Below are positions 50,801-64,000 of a stretch of DNA of 64,000 bases, in pieces. The notes beneath the pieces are model-generated. The model saw nothing but the letters and a program-made list of their open reading frames with translations, had not been told where the DNA came from and ran no database searches. Every line of letters begins with the position of its first letter. The stretch's first letter is position 1. Source of the DNA: Octopus vulgaris (Eukaryota). The position numbers and the translations under genes are program-made. The DNA lies in assembly GCA_951406725.2 (NCBI GenBank), contig OX597828.1, positions 55,986,001-56,050,000 on the forward strand, read 5' to 3'.

Positions 50801-51574
50801 GTTGGAATTTACAGAAAAGCAAAAGACTAACACAGGTGTGTAAGCGACAAAGATATGTATTAGTTTAACGCTCGGGAAAGTGAGAAAGTCTTATACGTTT
50901 CGAGCCTACGCTTTTCAACGGAAATGAACATGAGGAAATAAACAGAGAAAGAAGAAAAAAAGCTTTTGGGGCTAGCGGTCAATCATGGCGGCTGGTTGGA
51001 CAGATGGGTTTAGACAGGAAAGCTAGGGAGAAGGGAAGATAATAAAGTAATGCTGATCCCAAAACTATATGCGTGTATATGGGTGAATGTGTGTGTGCAT
51101 GGATGTGTTGTGATGGTGAGGTTGGGATGTGTAGGGGTGGGTGTAGATGGAGAGGGTAACTATGAAGGGAGAATGAAGGGAGGAAGTTGGTATCAGGTCA
51201 AGAGAGGAGAGGAGAGGTGGTAGGAGTGAGAGAAGAAGTAAGTGTGAGATGAAGACAGGAGAGAGTAGGGGAGTTGACCCCATGTGGCTCAAACGGACGA
51301 AGATAGAAGATTAATACCTTTTTGCGGCGAAGGTGGGAAGAGTCCGGATGGCCCCTGTGCAAACACAATCCAAACACTGAGTGGTGTTGTAATGAATTAC
51401 CGGTAGAACGGAAAGGTGCGAGACCAGGGTGTCGTTGTTGAGTCTAATGTCTCAGAGGTGCTCAGCGAACCTGTCAGTCAAGCGGCATCCTGTTTGACCA
51501 ATGTACAGAGAAGGACAGAAAGAACAGGAAATGCAGTAAATAACGTTGCTAGAAGTGCATGTAAAGGAGCCAGT
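50801..51574 (-). mobile_element. Penelope-like retroelement 3' fragment (GIY-YIG pseudogene plus terminus)
   Basis: Minus strand TGSFTCTSSNVIYCISCSFCPSLYIGQTGCRLTDRFAEHL*DIRL; the terminus is shared with 58871-59056, 36765-36845 and 43835-43922. Confidence 0.88.
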
Positions 51575-51629
51575 GAAGAAGAAGAAGAAGAAGAAGAAGA
51601 AGAAGAAGAAGAAGAAGAAGAAGAAGAAG

Positions 51630-51659
<30 letters not shown>
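51575..51659. repeat. Pure (GAA)n tract, about 28 units
   Basis: Directly visible. Confidence 0.95.
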
Positions 51660-51660
<1 letters not shown>

Positions 51661-52069
51661 TTGCTTAAAAGTGTATTATATATTTTTATATCTGTAGTAA
51701 ATATGTTACCTAAAACTTCATATTTTCTGATATTTCGATTCACCTGCGTAGCAGAGCATAAAATACCTGCGAGCCAACCTTGCATACTTCAAACTTGTTT
51801 CTGCTGTGCCTTATGATGTGATTAAGTATAAAATGTGTCTGAAATACTGCCTCTTTCATTTAATTTCTGCCGATTACTTAGATTTAGAAATTAATTTTAC
51901 GAAATGAATACAATCATAAAGTGAAATACGAACAAGTTAGACTTTAAAGCTAACTAAATTAGCGGAAATAGTAATTAAAGAAAGAAATTTTATGAATTTT
52001 TGTAAAATTTGTAAAGTTTTGTCAGAAAATTTTATATTATAAAAAGTTTTAAAAATTGTTTAAAAAAGC

Positions 52070-52363
52070 GACAACGATGAAGACGACGGTGACGTCGACT
52101 CAGATAACGACAGCAACGACGTCATCGGTGATGACGGGCGACGTTATGACAATGGCAACGCCGACGGCGACGACAACGATAATGATGATGATGAAGAAGA
52201 GGAGGATGAGGATGAGGATGAGGATGGACGACGACGCTGATAATGAGGACGATGAAGATGACGATCATGATGATAATTAGAAGGAAGAGGAAAATAACGA
52301 CAGTGACTACAACGACGACGATGATGACGATGATGATGATGATGATGATGGTGATGGTGATGG

Positions 52364-52396
<33 letters not shown>

Positions 52397-52440
52397 CGAA
52401 GACGACGATGATGATGATGATGACGATGATGATGATAGTT
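52070..52440. repeat. (GAT)n/(GAC)n low-complexity tract
   Basis: Directly visible. Confidence 0.9.
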
Positions 52441-53229
52441 ATTATAATCAAAATGGAAACTGCATGGTTTTTCTTTTACTTCGTTGTCATATTTCTTTCA
52501 CCAGTCGTCAATTCAGGTTCCTGTCCAATAGTTGCGAAGTATCATCACATTGTGGATTTGACGATGGCCGTCAACGATTCTTAGGTTATCATTAGAAGTT
52601 TACCGAAGCCATACTGATGGCAGTAAATGGATTAAAAAGAAATAAAAGACAAAGAAACAAAATAGAGAAAAAGAAAGAAAGAAAGAGAGCGTGGGAGAGA
52701 AAGACAGAGAGAAAAGTAGAGAGGGAGAAAGAGAAAGATAAAAGAAAATTAAAGAGAGAGCGAGAGAGAAATTGATAAAAAAAATTGGTGGTAGAAGATG
52801 TTATATGCAGTCAATACATTCTACAATAGAGCTCAGCATGAGATGATAAGGAAACAAGCAGGATCAATAGTGACAAACAGAACAACCAATACTGTAATTA
52901 TTCTTTGTATAGAAGAGAAGCATCGTCCTGCTTCGGTCTAAAGTGACGTTAAGTTTATAATCAATATCGCTGATGTCGCATATAATTGGTTTTTAGGGTT
53001 CAGAGATATCAGGATTATTGAATTAGAAACACACAACACTGAGAGAAATGAGTTCGTGTGAAGAATAAGCAATATGGAGATTAAATATAAAACAGAAAGA
53101 TTTTCTCTTACCGTTGACACACAAATGTTTGCAAAAAGTGTGTAGTTCGAACGGTATCATAACTATTGCAACTTCAATGCCGTTTCTAGATGGGGAACGA
53201 GTATATATGTATTTATGTATCTAACTATC

Positions 53230-53319
<90 letters not shown>

Positions 53320-53918
53320 CCTACCTACCTACCTATCTATCTACCTATCTATCACTATGTATCTATGAATGACTGGTAAAGTGGAAATGTAGAGAAACCG
53401 GGGTGTCATTGCCGAGTCTAATGTTTCGGAATAAAACATTTTTTCGTGTAAATCGGACCACGGATTCCCGCGAAAGGCGGTTATTTTGCGGGGTAACTTC
53501 ATAAATAGCCAAACCAGTGCATAATGGGAAAATACTCTGAAAGTAACGTAACCCTGAAATGAGAAGATTGATGCCGTTAATTTTATGTTTACGTTATATG
53601 AAAGTTAGTTTAGCATTATTGTAAAAATGTGCACATATATCATATGTAAATGCAGTTAATGGATTCAAATTTATCCCGGAAGTTCTATTTCTATTAGATG
53701 ATGTAAACAAACAATAAAAACAATAAAACCTTAAACATGAACTTGTAAACCAGACCTGTGATGACACAAACGAGTTGAAATATTTAATTGAATCATCATA
53801 AAATTAACTTTCATTTCAATGCAATATTGAAATCAGCTTCAATGTTTTATAACCTGAACCGTCAGTGAACCAACGGGTCACGAGTATTCCCCTCATTCTC
53901 TTTTTCCCTCTCACGTTG

Positions 53919-54445
<527 letters not shown>

Positions 54446-54998
54446 TGTATATATATTTTTGCAATTTTTAGTTTTGCAATGTTTGCAATTTTTAGTTTTC
54501 TATTGTTGTATATACCTACCTTAAATTAATCAAGTTTTCAATTTCTATTTTATTTGAAATAAATTTTTTATTTCACAACCTTATAACCATTAAAATATTT
54601 CTTTCATTTTACAGTCTCTACATATTCCTGGATATGAAATCCATATCGGAAAGATAGGTTGTTGAATTATAATGATTTAGCAACTTATATAACAATGTTG
54701 AGTGTAAAAGTGCACTTTCAACAACGATACTTAACATGCTATAAATAGTAGCCAAATCTTACTCCAGCTGGAACTTAGTGCCGTATTAATGGAAGGAGAC
54801 ACTGGTACAATTTACTTGGGAGTCAGAGAAATCCGAAAAATCTGAAATGTAAAGCTTTTAATTATAGCTCTACTCAATCAATGCTGAAACATACATAAAC
54901 AATACCAATACAAAATAAACAGTAGGCTCTGTAACACAACAACAAATTTTAAAATCTGTGCATGGCTATATTGAATCTGAGACGTATTTTTATTACAG

Positions 54999-55131
54999 AA
55001 AGATGAACCGAAAAATGGAATTCTTGATGAGAAAATAATACGTGATGATAAACAGCAAAATACAATTTCAAATTCCGGAAGCAAGATTAACACGTCCACG
55101 GGCAATATTTGCGTAAATCTCACAGATACGG
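54999..55131 (+). CDS. ECT2L: ECT2L exon 15 (probable, low-conservation linker)
   Basis: TATTACAG| KDEPKNGILDEKIIRDDKQQNTISNSGSKINTSTGNICVNLTDT |GTAAAT; open, phase 0 to 1. Confidence 0.65.
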
Positions 55132-55343
55132 GTAAATACTTAACAAAATATATGTCTTTTAATTATAAAGTAATAAATATTAAACATAATTTACATTTAC
55201 ATATTAACTTCTAATTTATAGCATCTCGGTGAATCAACAGATTTTTATTTACCTGCATGTGTATGCAGGTATGTGTGTGTGTGAGTGTGAATGTGTGTGC
55301 GTGTATGTTTATAAATGTATTTATGTGTGTATATATATATATA

Positions 55344-55382
<39 letters not shown>

Positions 55383-55486
55383 TCGTGTATGTATCTAATG
55401 TGTTCGTGATCATGCACACGCATGTGTATGTACAGGTGTGTGTGCGGGTGTGTGACATTATGAACTAATGTAAATTCTCCTTTCAG

Positions 55487-55596
55487 AATCCAAATTATTT
55501 TTAAAAAATAAAACAAGGAAAACTGTAGAACCGAACCCCACTTCTGGACATTTGCAAGAAAACACTATGCTCAGAAGAAAACATATTTTACATGCG
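55487..55596 (+). CDS. ECT2L: ECT2L exon 16 (probable, low-conservation linker)
   Basis: CTCCTTTCAG| (E)SKLFLKNKTRKTVEPNPTSGHLQENTMLRRKHILHA |GTATGT; phase 1 to 0 restores the frame into exon 17. Confidence 0.65.
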
Positions 55597-55803
55597 GTAT
55601 GTTGGTAAAATTTGTTAATTATTTACATATTCTCTTCTTACGCGAATTTCCTCAGCGATTTCGTTGTATGATGTAGGTTGGGATAATCGGCTTAGCTTGG
55701 TATGGCTGTCCTTGGATTAAACAAGGTCAGCAACATCAATTGCCTGACATGTCTTAAACAGAAAGGGCTTTACTCAAAGTTTTCCTAAGTTGAACAACTC
55801 TTA

Positions 55804-56435
55804 AGGCGGTGAACTGGCAGAATCGTTAGCACGCCGGGCGAAATGCTTAGCGGTATTTCGTCTGCTGCTACGTTCTGAGTTCAAATTCCACCGAGGTCGA
55901 CTTTGCCTTTCATCCTTTCAGGGTCGATAAATTAAGTACCAGTTACGCAGAGGTCGATGTAATCGACTTAATACCTATGTCTGTTCTTGTTTGTCCCCTC
56001 TATGTTTAGCCCCTTGTATATAATGAAGAAATAGGTATTTCGCCCGTCGCTACGTTCTGAGTTCATATTCCGCCGAGATCGACTTTGCCTTTCATCCTTT
56101 CGGGGTCGATTAAATGAGTACCAACTACGCACTGGGGTCGATATAATTGACTTAATCTGTTTGTCTGTCCTTGTTTGTCCTCTCTGTATGTAGCCCCTTG
56201 TGGGAAGTAAAGAAATAAGAAACGTTAGCACACCGGGCAAAAATGCTTAGCAGTATTTCGTCTGTCTTCGCGTTCTGAGTTCAAATTCCACCGAGGTCGA
56301 CTTAGCCTTTCATCTTTTCGGGGTCGATAATTTAAGTACCAGTAACGCACTGGGGTCGATGTAATCGACCTAATCCGTTTGTCTGTCCTTGTTTGTCCCT
56401 TCTATGTTTAGCCTCTTGTGGGCAGTAAAGAAATA
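55804..56435 (+). mobile_element. Head-to-tail SINE family A trimer with a single 11-bp TSD
   Basis: Units at 55804-56033, 56034-56217 and 56218-56435; TTGAACAACTC at 55790-55800 and 56438-56448. Confidence 0.9.
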
Positions 56436-56857
56436 ATTTGAACAACTCCTTTTATTTAATGTATATATTTGTGAAATAGTGACAATGAGTGGGTTTGTGG
56501 GTAAGGGGTTGTACTCCCGATCATGGGACCGCGGGTGCGATTTCTGAACCAAGTAATACATTGCATGCTTGAGCAAAACCATTCATCTCACGTTACTCTG
56601 CGATCACTTCGACTTATGATGTATGATACACCTTGCATCCATACAGTCAATGTCGATTTGGTGGAGTGGCGAGCTAATGTAAACCATAAACTCTTGATCA
56701 GTATAAACATATCACCTGTGCAGGTTGTCAGCTACAAATTGCAGAAACCACATCTGCCGTCTACGACATGCAGCTCCACGGTATTTGTGAAGAATCACCT
56801 TATCAGGCTATTAATCCTCAAGGGTTATCATTCTATGCCTTTTCACATTCAGTAAGA

Positions 56858-56978
56858 GAATAATTCCATTCAGTATTGAATAATTCCATTCAAATTGGAA
56901 TACATCCATTCAAAATGGAATAATTCCTTCCAAAACGAGAATAGTTCCATTCAAAATGGAATAATTCCATTCAAAATG
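56858..56978. repeat. Minisatellite, about 6 copies of a ~20-bp unit GAATAATTCCATTCAAAATG
   Basis: Directly visible; no spacers. Confidence 0.85.
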
Positions 56979-57334
56979 AGGATATTAAGAATGAGAATAA
57001 AAAATATAGTAATTTTGCTTTAATTATTTGTTTATCACTAATAATAAGCACACTTTTTGCGTTATATAATTTTATTCAGTGTCGATTTATCCATATAGAT
57101 TATTTATTCATTTCTCTCTTCGTTGAAAAAAATATCACATACTATGTAATATGCTATTTTGGAAATAGATAAACGATATGATTAAATTGCCAATGAATGA
57201 AACGATATAACGCAACAATCTATCTATTATTACTGATACTTAAATAATTAAAGCAAAAAGAATGTATTTTTGATTATAATTTTAATGGAATTATTCTCAT
57301 ATTAAATATAAAATGGTATAGAGTTCATTATATT

Positions 57335-57476
57335 GGCGTCTGTGTGTTTTAAGAAGCTTGCTTCTCAACCACATGGTTCCGAGTTCAGTCCCACTACGTG
57401 GAACCTTGGACAAGTGTTTTCTATAGCCTTGGCCTGAACAAAGTCTTGTGTGTGGATTTGATATTCGGTAACTGAA

Positions 57477-57537
<61 letters not shown>

Positions 57538-57760
57538 TGTGTGTGTGAGTGTGTGTGTTTTAACTATTTTTGTCTCACCACCACTGTTTGACAACCGGTG
57601 TTGGTGTGTTTACGTTCCCGTAAATTAGTAATTCGTCAAAATACACCGATAGAATAAGTGCCAAGCTTAAAAAATACTGGAGTTGTTTCATTTGGCTAAA
57701 CATTCTTCCAGGCAGTGCCCCAATGCATTTTAATGATCGAAACAATTAAAAGATAAAAGA
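57335..57760 (+). mobile_element. SINE family B
   Basis: AAGAAGCTTGCTTCTCAACCACATGGTTCCGAGTTCAGTCCCACTACGTGGAACCTTGGACAAGTG head, internal TA/TG repeat and family tail. Confidence 0.8.
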
Positions 57761-58467
57761 TAGATAAGATATCTTATTCGTAGGACAGCCATACACATAT
57801 TCCAAGTTATTCATACAATAGGTTAGTCATACCCTTATTCCAAAATGCAGAAGAGAGTTACAGCCTTACTCTTATTCAAACAGCGCAATTGAACAATTCA
57901 GTGGACGTATGTGACTTGAAACATAAAATCTTATAAAGTTTAACCAACAAATAATTGGTAAATCTGCTGAAAATACAAGCAAAAATTACCTGCTGATGCC
58001 TAATTATTTCAAAATGATTAATTTAAAAGGAATTTAACAGTTAAAGTCATTGTAGCGTTTCCACTGTTTCCATTACTATATACTGCATGGTATCACACAC
58101 CTGTCAGAGATAAGTCAGGAATTATCGTGAAAATTACCTGTATAAGCAAACTTCCTCTCTTGCTCCTTGGGTAACATTTAAGTACTCCCTTGCCCTTGCA
58201 CGTGCCCTAATTGCTATGTGTCAATTCGAACGGTACTGACTTGATCTTACATTACAAGAACAACGAATCCATCTTCTTCACGAATTCTACATTGTAATAC
58301 ATTGAATGAATAACTTCGAAAGTTTTTTTTATTAGCATTGCCACATCATCTCCCATAATGGGAAAATATGGCAAATTTCAGACGCTGTACTTTAAACCAT
58401 AAAATATCACCTTCGTTAAGTAATTATAAGGTAAAATCGCAACTGGATTTCTACTTCTCTTTTGCAG

Positions 58468-58613
58468 ACTGGTAAAATAGTTGCTCCACCATCAGACAAG
58501 AGACGCTATATAGCCTCGGAAATAATAAATTCAGAAATCGACTACGTGAGAATGCTTTCTGGTTTTAAAAACAAATATTTCAAGCCTTTAAAGTCTGCGC
58601 TAGAGTCGAACAG
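58468..58613 (+). CDS. ECT2L: ECT2L exon 17 (start of RhoGEF/DH domain)
   Basis: TTTTGCAG| TGKIVAPPSDKRRYIASEIINSEIDYVRMLSGFKNKYFKPLKSALESN(R) |GTAATG; DH helix 1 motif, vertebrate KRARVVRELLQSERKYV..PLKAALSSNR. Confidence 0.95.
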
Positions 58614-58870
58614 GTAATGATCTCATACTTATATCAATTATAGTTCCGACATTTCTAAAAAGTTGTGCTATATCCAAACTCTAAAGTTTGTCGACTATGT
58701 TTATGCATGTTTGCGTGTGCTCGTGTGCGTTTATTTATGTAATGCCACTCCATATTCTCTCTCTCTTTTTTCTCTTTCCTTTCCTTTCTCTCTCTATTTT
58801 TCTCTCTCTCTCTCTCTCTCTCTCTCCCTCTCACTTACCATATATATATATGCATGCATATATATATATA

Positions 58871-59056
58871 TTGGGAGAATTCACAAAAAGACAGGAGACG
58901 AGGACAGGTGGTGTAGACAACAAACATATGCATTAGTATAACGCTCGGGAAGTGAAAAAGTCTTTAACGTTTCGAGTCTACGCTCTTCCACAGAAAGGAA
59001 CACAGAAATAAACAAAGACAGAAAATAAAGAATGTGTAGTGGCTAGCGATCTATCA
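58871..59056 (-). mobile_element. Solo PLE terminus with a variant hammerhead-like motif, inside a TA repeat
   Basis: Homologous to 50801-50990; minus strand CTTT-CTGTGGAA-GAG(CGTAGA)CTC-GAA-ACGT-T-AAAG. Confidence 0.75.
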
Positions 59057-60614
59057 TATATATATATATATATATATATATAGCTGTTATACACACACAC
59101 ACACGCATATACTGTATATGTCAGTATGTCTGTGTGTCTGTGTTTGTATACGTGGGTATGTATGTATGTATGTGTTAGGACATTTTGCTAATATTTACTG
59201 AAATCAAAACACCCAGAGAGAAACTTTCGAATAATGTTATGGTGGTAAACTGACAGAATCGATACAGGGACAGACAAGAAACGGTTTTATTCCAGAGCTT
59301 TGTTTGTTCCAGATTTTTACGTTTTGAGCTCAAATTTCAACGTTGTTAACATTTCCTTTCGTCTCTCCGGAGCCGATAAAATAAAGTAGCAATAGCAGTA
59401 ATATACTTGATTCATTGGCCTAACCTCTCCGTCCAAATTTGTTGCCTGGAGCCAAATTTAGAAACAGTTTTCTAGATGACTTTCGTTCATTACAACTTTT
59501 CAACTCATTCTACTACATATGTGTAACTACCTACATACATTTTCTGAAATCTTTCTATGAATGATTTACAAATCATTTAGTAAGGTATCTTTCGTTAATG
59601 GTCCTGTTAACTAGAGCAATACAGTAGCTGAGAGGATCATAGGTGGAAATTCTACATTGTCAGACTAGCCCATGGAGAAGCCATCTCGTAGCCACCCGTC
59701 TCCATAGAAATTTCAGTCATATCTCTTTCAAATGCCGACATATCTTTTTTCTTTAAAAAAAAAACGAGGAACAGTATACTGGATATATGTATCTGAGATA
59801 AACACTTGTTGCATAAAAGACTGGATTGGCACGATTGGAATGCATTTGGTTATGTCTGCACAGTCATGGTTGTCTTAAGGCTGAAAAGTAATAACAAAAC
59901 ATTCTTTTTTCCGACCTAAGAAAGGATCCACCACGCAGGCATTAAATGTGCTAGAAATATCACATAAATCATTCTCAAACGCCACTGTACTCTCTGGTAA
60001 AGTGAAAAAAATATTGTAGATTATGCTCTTATAGATACACATTGTTTGAACAAAACGAAAGATGGCTGTAGCCTCCTTTGAATATAATACTGTTGTATGA
60101 TAAGCGACTTGGGGATTCACCAACCAGAAAAAAACACTTTCAGTTTGCTATAAGCATTTCGTGTTTTTCATACATCGCTAAAGCTATGAATGATAATCGA
60201 AAGTGAAATGTTACTTTATCGCGAAAACATCCATGCCATAAACCCCAGTTTTTCAATTCCTCTGGGCGGAAAATAGGACTGAAATGAAACAGAATGATAG
60301 CGAAGAGATTTCTCCGTATTGAACTGAACTGAACTCTTCTGTTAAATACACACTTGGGACTTAATCGAACAGAACGGCTTTCACGAATGAATAAACCGAC
60401 TAATAGCTGGCCATATAGCGTATCGTACATATATTCTTAACTCTTGTATTCGTAGTTTATGTATTCTCATCCATTGTATTCATCGTTCTTGTTGTTTCTT
60501 CTGATGCTGCTGTTGGTATTGATTCGTTTAATGCGGTGTACAAAGAGACGGTGACGAGGTAGAGGTTTGACATAGGGCACGGCGTTAATCCAAATGGGTG
60601 CACCTAACTCGAAA

Positions 60615-60677
<63 letters not shown>

Positions 60678-60878
60678 TCCACTACCTCTAATATTCCCAG
60701 TGTATCTATTTCTTTCTTTATTGCTGTTTTCTGTCTATGTCTCTGTAAGCATTCTACATACGTAGGCAGGTCTGTCGCCAGTCGATGTTGCATGCAAATG
60801 CTGCAAAGCAATAAAATATTGTGAATGGTTGAACTGTCTATGCGATAAATAATTTACCAAACATTATCCATCTGCCTC

Positions 60879-60920
<42 letters not shown>

Positions 60921-61250
60921 CATAAATACATATAGATATACGTTTGTGTGACAGTATATGTGAGTACGTGTGTGTATTACGTTTTTATGTATTTACTGAT
61001 GTATGTATCAATGAATATCTATTTTGCCTCATGCATTTTTCTTAACGTCTCTATGTAATAGATACAGAGTGCTCTAAAACTTAAAGTAGAGCTAAAATAA
61101 TCTAATCTGATATATAAGCAAGAATACATTTCTACAACCTAAAGAAGAACGAGTGTTATTAGTGAAATCGATAAATTTCGTCTCCATGTCAGTACTTTTC
61201 AAACTCAGATATATTCACACACATATACATACATATTCTATTGTTTCCAG

Positions 61251-61319
61251 GCCTATTATCAGTCAACAAAATGTGGAAATAATTTTCACGGATATACTGA
61301 TCAACCTTAAATTACACAG
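61251..61319 (+). CDS. ECT2L: ECT2L exon 18 (DH domain; gene continues beyond the window)
   Basis: TTTCCAG| (R)PIISQQNVEIIFTDILINLKLH |GTAAGG; matches AILSAANIQIIFCDILQIL; phase 2/2. Confidence 0.93.
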
Positions 61320-61594
61320 GTAAGGTTCTAATTACGATCTCTGTACATTTTGTAACTAAGCACTTACGGATTATTTATTTATATATATATTTTTTGCAGT
61401 AAAAGAGTAACTGGAATTTCTTAATAATCGCTGTGGTAATCTTATATTTTTTAATGGTAACTGATGTTCAGAAAGGCTCAATTATATAATTACACAAAAT
61501 AATTCCGCTCGATTGACTTGGTTATTGATTTCTCACATGAGCACTTGGACAGAAACTTTGGTCTCAGTGTTTGATTTTTTACATATTCGCTCTT

Positions 61595-61664
<70 letters not shown>

Positions 61665-61900
61665 GGTATAATTGAGGTTTAAATGTAAATTTAAACTCTG
61701 AAATTTAAACTGTAGTTTGGGTATGTCATTATGCCGGCAAAGAACGTGCAATGCTTATGGCTACCTGACCTCATCCACGGTAACTGCACAATCGTCGGAA
61801 GATAGAATACACTGGAAAATTTATTTATAAATAAAGTTTTTAGTATTATTTTATCGTATATAAACATATGTATATATATACATACATATAAATACACACG

Positions 61901-62007
<107 letters not shown>

Positions 62008-63149
62008 AATATAACGTATCTTGAATGCCACAACAATGCAGACTGGACTATAATAATTGTTATAATTTAATTATTCATAGTCTGATATAATATTTCGGAA
62101 TATAAAAATTCCTTTTTCACATATTGCTAGGAATAGACCGAATCCCTGCTATAATCGGTGTGTGTAGATGGGGGTTAAGTTTGTTTAGTGCAGGTCAATT
62201 TAACCACAGACGGATCATGACATCGTAACGTGTCATTAATTTACAATTTATAAGCAACCAATTAACTCAATCTTAAATGCATTTCTCTGCACATCTCAGA
62301 ATAGATTTTATGAGGTGATACGTGTCACGTCTTTACGCAGTTGAAACGCCAAAGAAGTAAAGATTATTATCACATCAGTTTGCTGTGTTATCTAAAACCA
62401 TCTGTGTTAACTAAAATCACAAGCTAAAGAGATTGCCATTAACCTGTCACTTGAATGTAGAATTGGCTTCATTATCTTCCTCAAATTACATTCTACTGTT
62501 TCAAAATATGAAGTACAGCTTGAATAATGTAACCATCGATATGATATTCACAATTAGTAATAACAGTGTAGCAAAAGGGCGGTGCATCAGCATGGCCACA
62601 GCTCTGAGCTGAAACTAGAGAAAAAGTAATTAAGATGTGATGATCAGCACTATAATGCCTTCAGTCAAAAGTCTGCTTCCTCACAGTTAACTTAGTGTTA
62701 AGCTACGACTAAATTCCGTCGTACAGTGACAATAGGTTATAAATCAATGAGAGCTTGTAATTTTACTTTATTCTAAAAACGATAGGGGATGACTGCTGTT
62801 CAATCGTTTCACCCCGGTACATCGAATATTTAAAAAAAAAATGATAAATATCATATTGCGTTAGGTAAACAGTAGTGTCAGTGGTTACTGATTTTCAACC
62901 GAGCGATCATTGGTTCTCTGTATTTTTGTCGACTGAAGAGAAAAAATGGTGTTCCTTCGGGTCAGTACAGAACAAATATCTTTCAACGAAGGACAGTTTA
63001 TCAGCTTTCTTGCTCGTGTTTCGCATTGTTCAACAATCATAATCGAGGAAGGACCTCCACACCCACACACACACATGCATGCATACATACAAGCATGTAA
63101 CGTATAAATACATAACACATATATGCATATACATACATTATATACATAT

Positions 63150-63460
63150 GCGTGGCATGTTCGGCAAGTGTCTTCTGCTATAGCCTCGAGCCGACCAAAG
63201 CCTTATGAGTGGATTTGGTAGACGGAAACTGAAAGAAGCACATCGTATAATTGTATATATATATATGTATTGTGTGTGTATGTTTGTCCCCCCAACATTG
63301 CTTGACAACTGTTGTGTTTACGTCCCAGTAAATTAGCGGTTCGGCAAAAGAGACCGATACAATAAGTCGCAGGCTTACAAAGATTTGGTCGACTAAAGCG
63401 GTGTCGAGCATGGCCGCAGTCAAATGACTGAAACAAGTAAAAGAATAAAAGAAAGAATAA
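63150..63460 (+). mobile_element. SINE family B, 5'-truncated
   Basis: GGCAAGTGTCTTCTGCTATAGCCTCG..CATGGCCGCAGTCAAATGACTGAAACAAGTAAAAGAATAAAAGA. Confidence 0.85.
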
Positions 63461-63464
63461 AGAA

Positions 63465-63495
<31 letters not shown>

Positions 63496-63501
63496 TATTC
63501 G

Positions 63502-63601
<100 letters not shown>

Positions 63602-63634
63602 GTATATGTATATGTATACTATAAATATATATAA

Positions 63635-64000
63635 GGTGAAACACACCGCCTATGCGACTTTCTGGGCATGCTAGAGCATCTACCAAAAACCAAGGAAGAA
63701 GCACTATTAGTCTCCTTTGATGTCATCAACCTCTACACTAACATTCCACGCGACTACGGAATAGAGGCAATAAAATGCTGGTTAGAAAAATACCTCGAAG
63801 CCCTCCCGGACCACATAAACCAGACTTTTGTCATTGAATCCCTGACGTTCATCCTACAAAACAAATACTTCCTATTCGATGCAACACACTACCGCCAAAA
63901 ATGCGGTATTGCGATGGTAATGAAAGCAGCGTTTGTCCTTGAAAACCTAATAATGGGTTTCTTTGAATCTACCCTATATGAACTTAAGCTCAAAAGATTT
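63635..64000 (+). mobile_element. Penelope-like reverse transcriptase fragment, open to the window end
   Basis: 122 stop-free codons: ..LLVSFDVINLYTNIPRDYGIEAI..FILQNKYFLFDATHYRQKCGIAM..NLIMGFFE (PLE RT motifs). Confidence 0.88.

Noticed and set aside
54615-54657. Candidate exon after TTTTACAG (SLHIPGYEIHIGKI)
   Set aside because: Weak donor, and its phase-1 end does not fit the phase-0 exon at 54999. It would fit 55487, so a mutually exclusive use cannot be excluded without RNA data.
56858-56978. CRISPR-like regular repeats
   Set aside because: Contiguous units with no unique spacers, eukaryotic intron and no cas genes.
60215-60278. Minus-strand exon-like segment encoding LKNWGLWHGCF (claudin-like GLW motif)
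   Set aside because: Weak donor (AAA|GTAACA) and no flanking transmembrane exons; the short motif can arise by chance.

Overview
AT-rich, microsatellite-dense metazoan DNA; the SINE families suggest Octopus (inference from recalled repeat sequences, not a database hit). The backbone is the 5' part of one + strand gene, an ECT2L ortholog (F-box, DUF4347-like middle region, start of the RhoGEF/DH domain). I reconstruct 18 phase-compatible GT-AG coding exons from 2469 to 61319 (2390 nt, about 796 codons), and the gene continues past the window. The introns hold tRNA-derived SINEs (including head-to-tail multimers), two mariner elements, Tc1, RTE and R4/Dong-like LINE fragments, and many Penelope-like element (PLE) pieces. 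The most notable non-coding signal is a set of PLE termini embedded in (TA)n tracts: one well-formed minimal hammerhead ribozyme with a U3-A8 covariant core (23401-23450, minus), several variant or degenerate ones, and two long palindromes whose centres resemble hammerhead helix III. Almost all other ORFs in the track are microsatellite artefacts. There is no CRISPR array, rRNA or intact tRNA.
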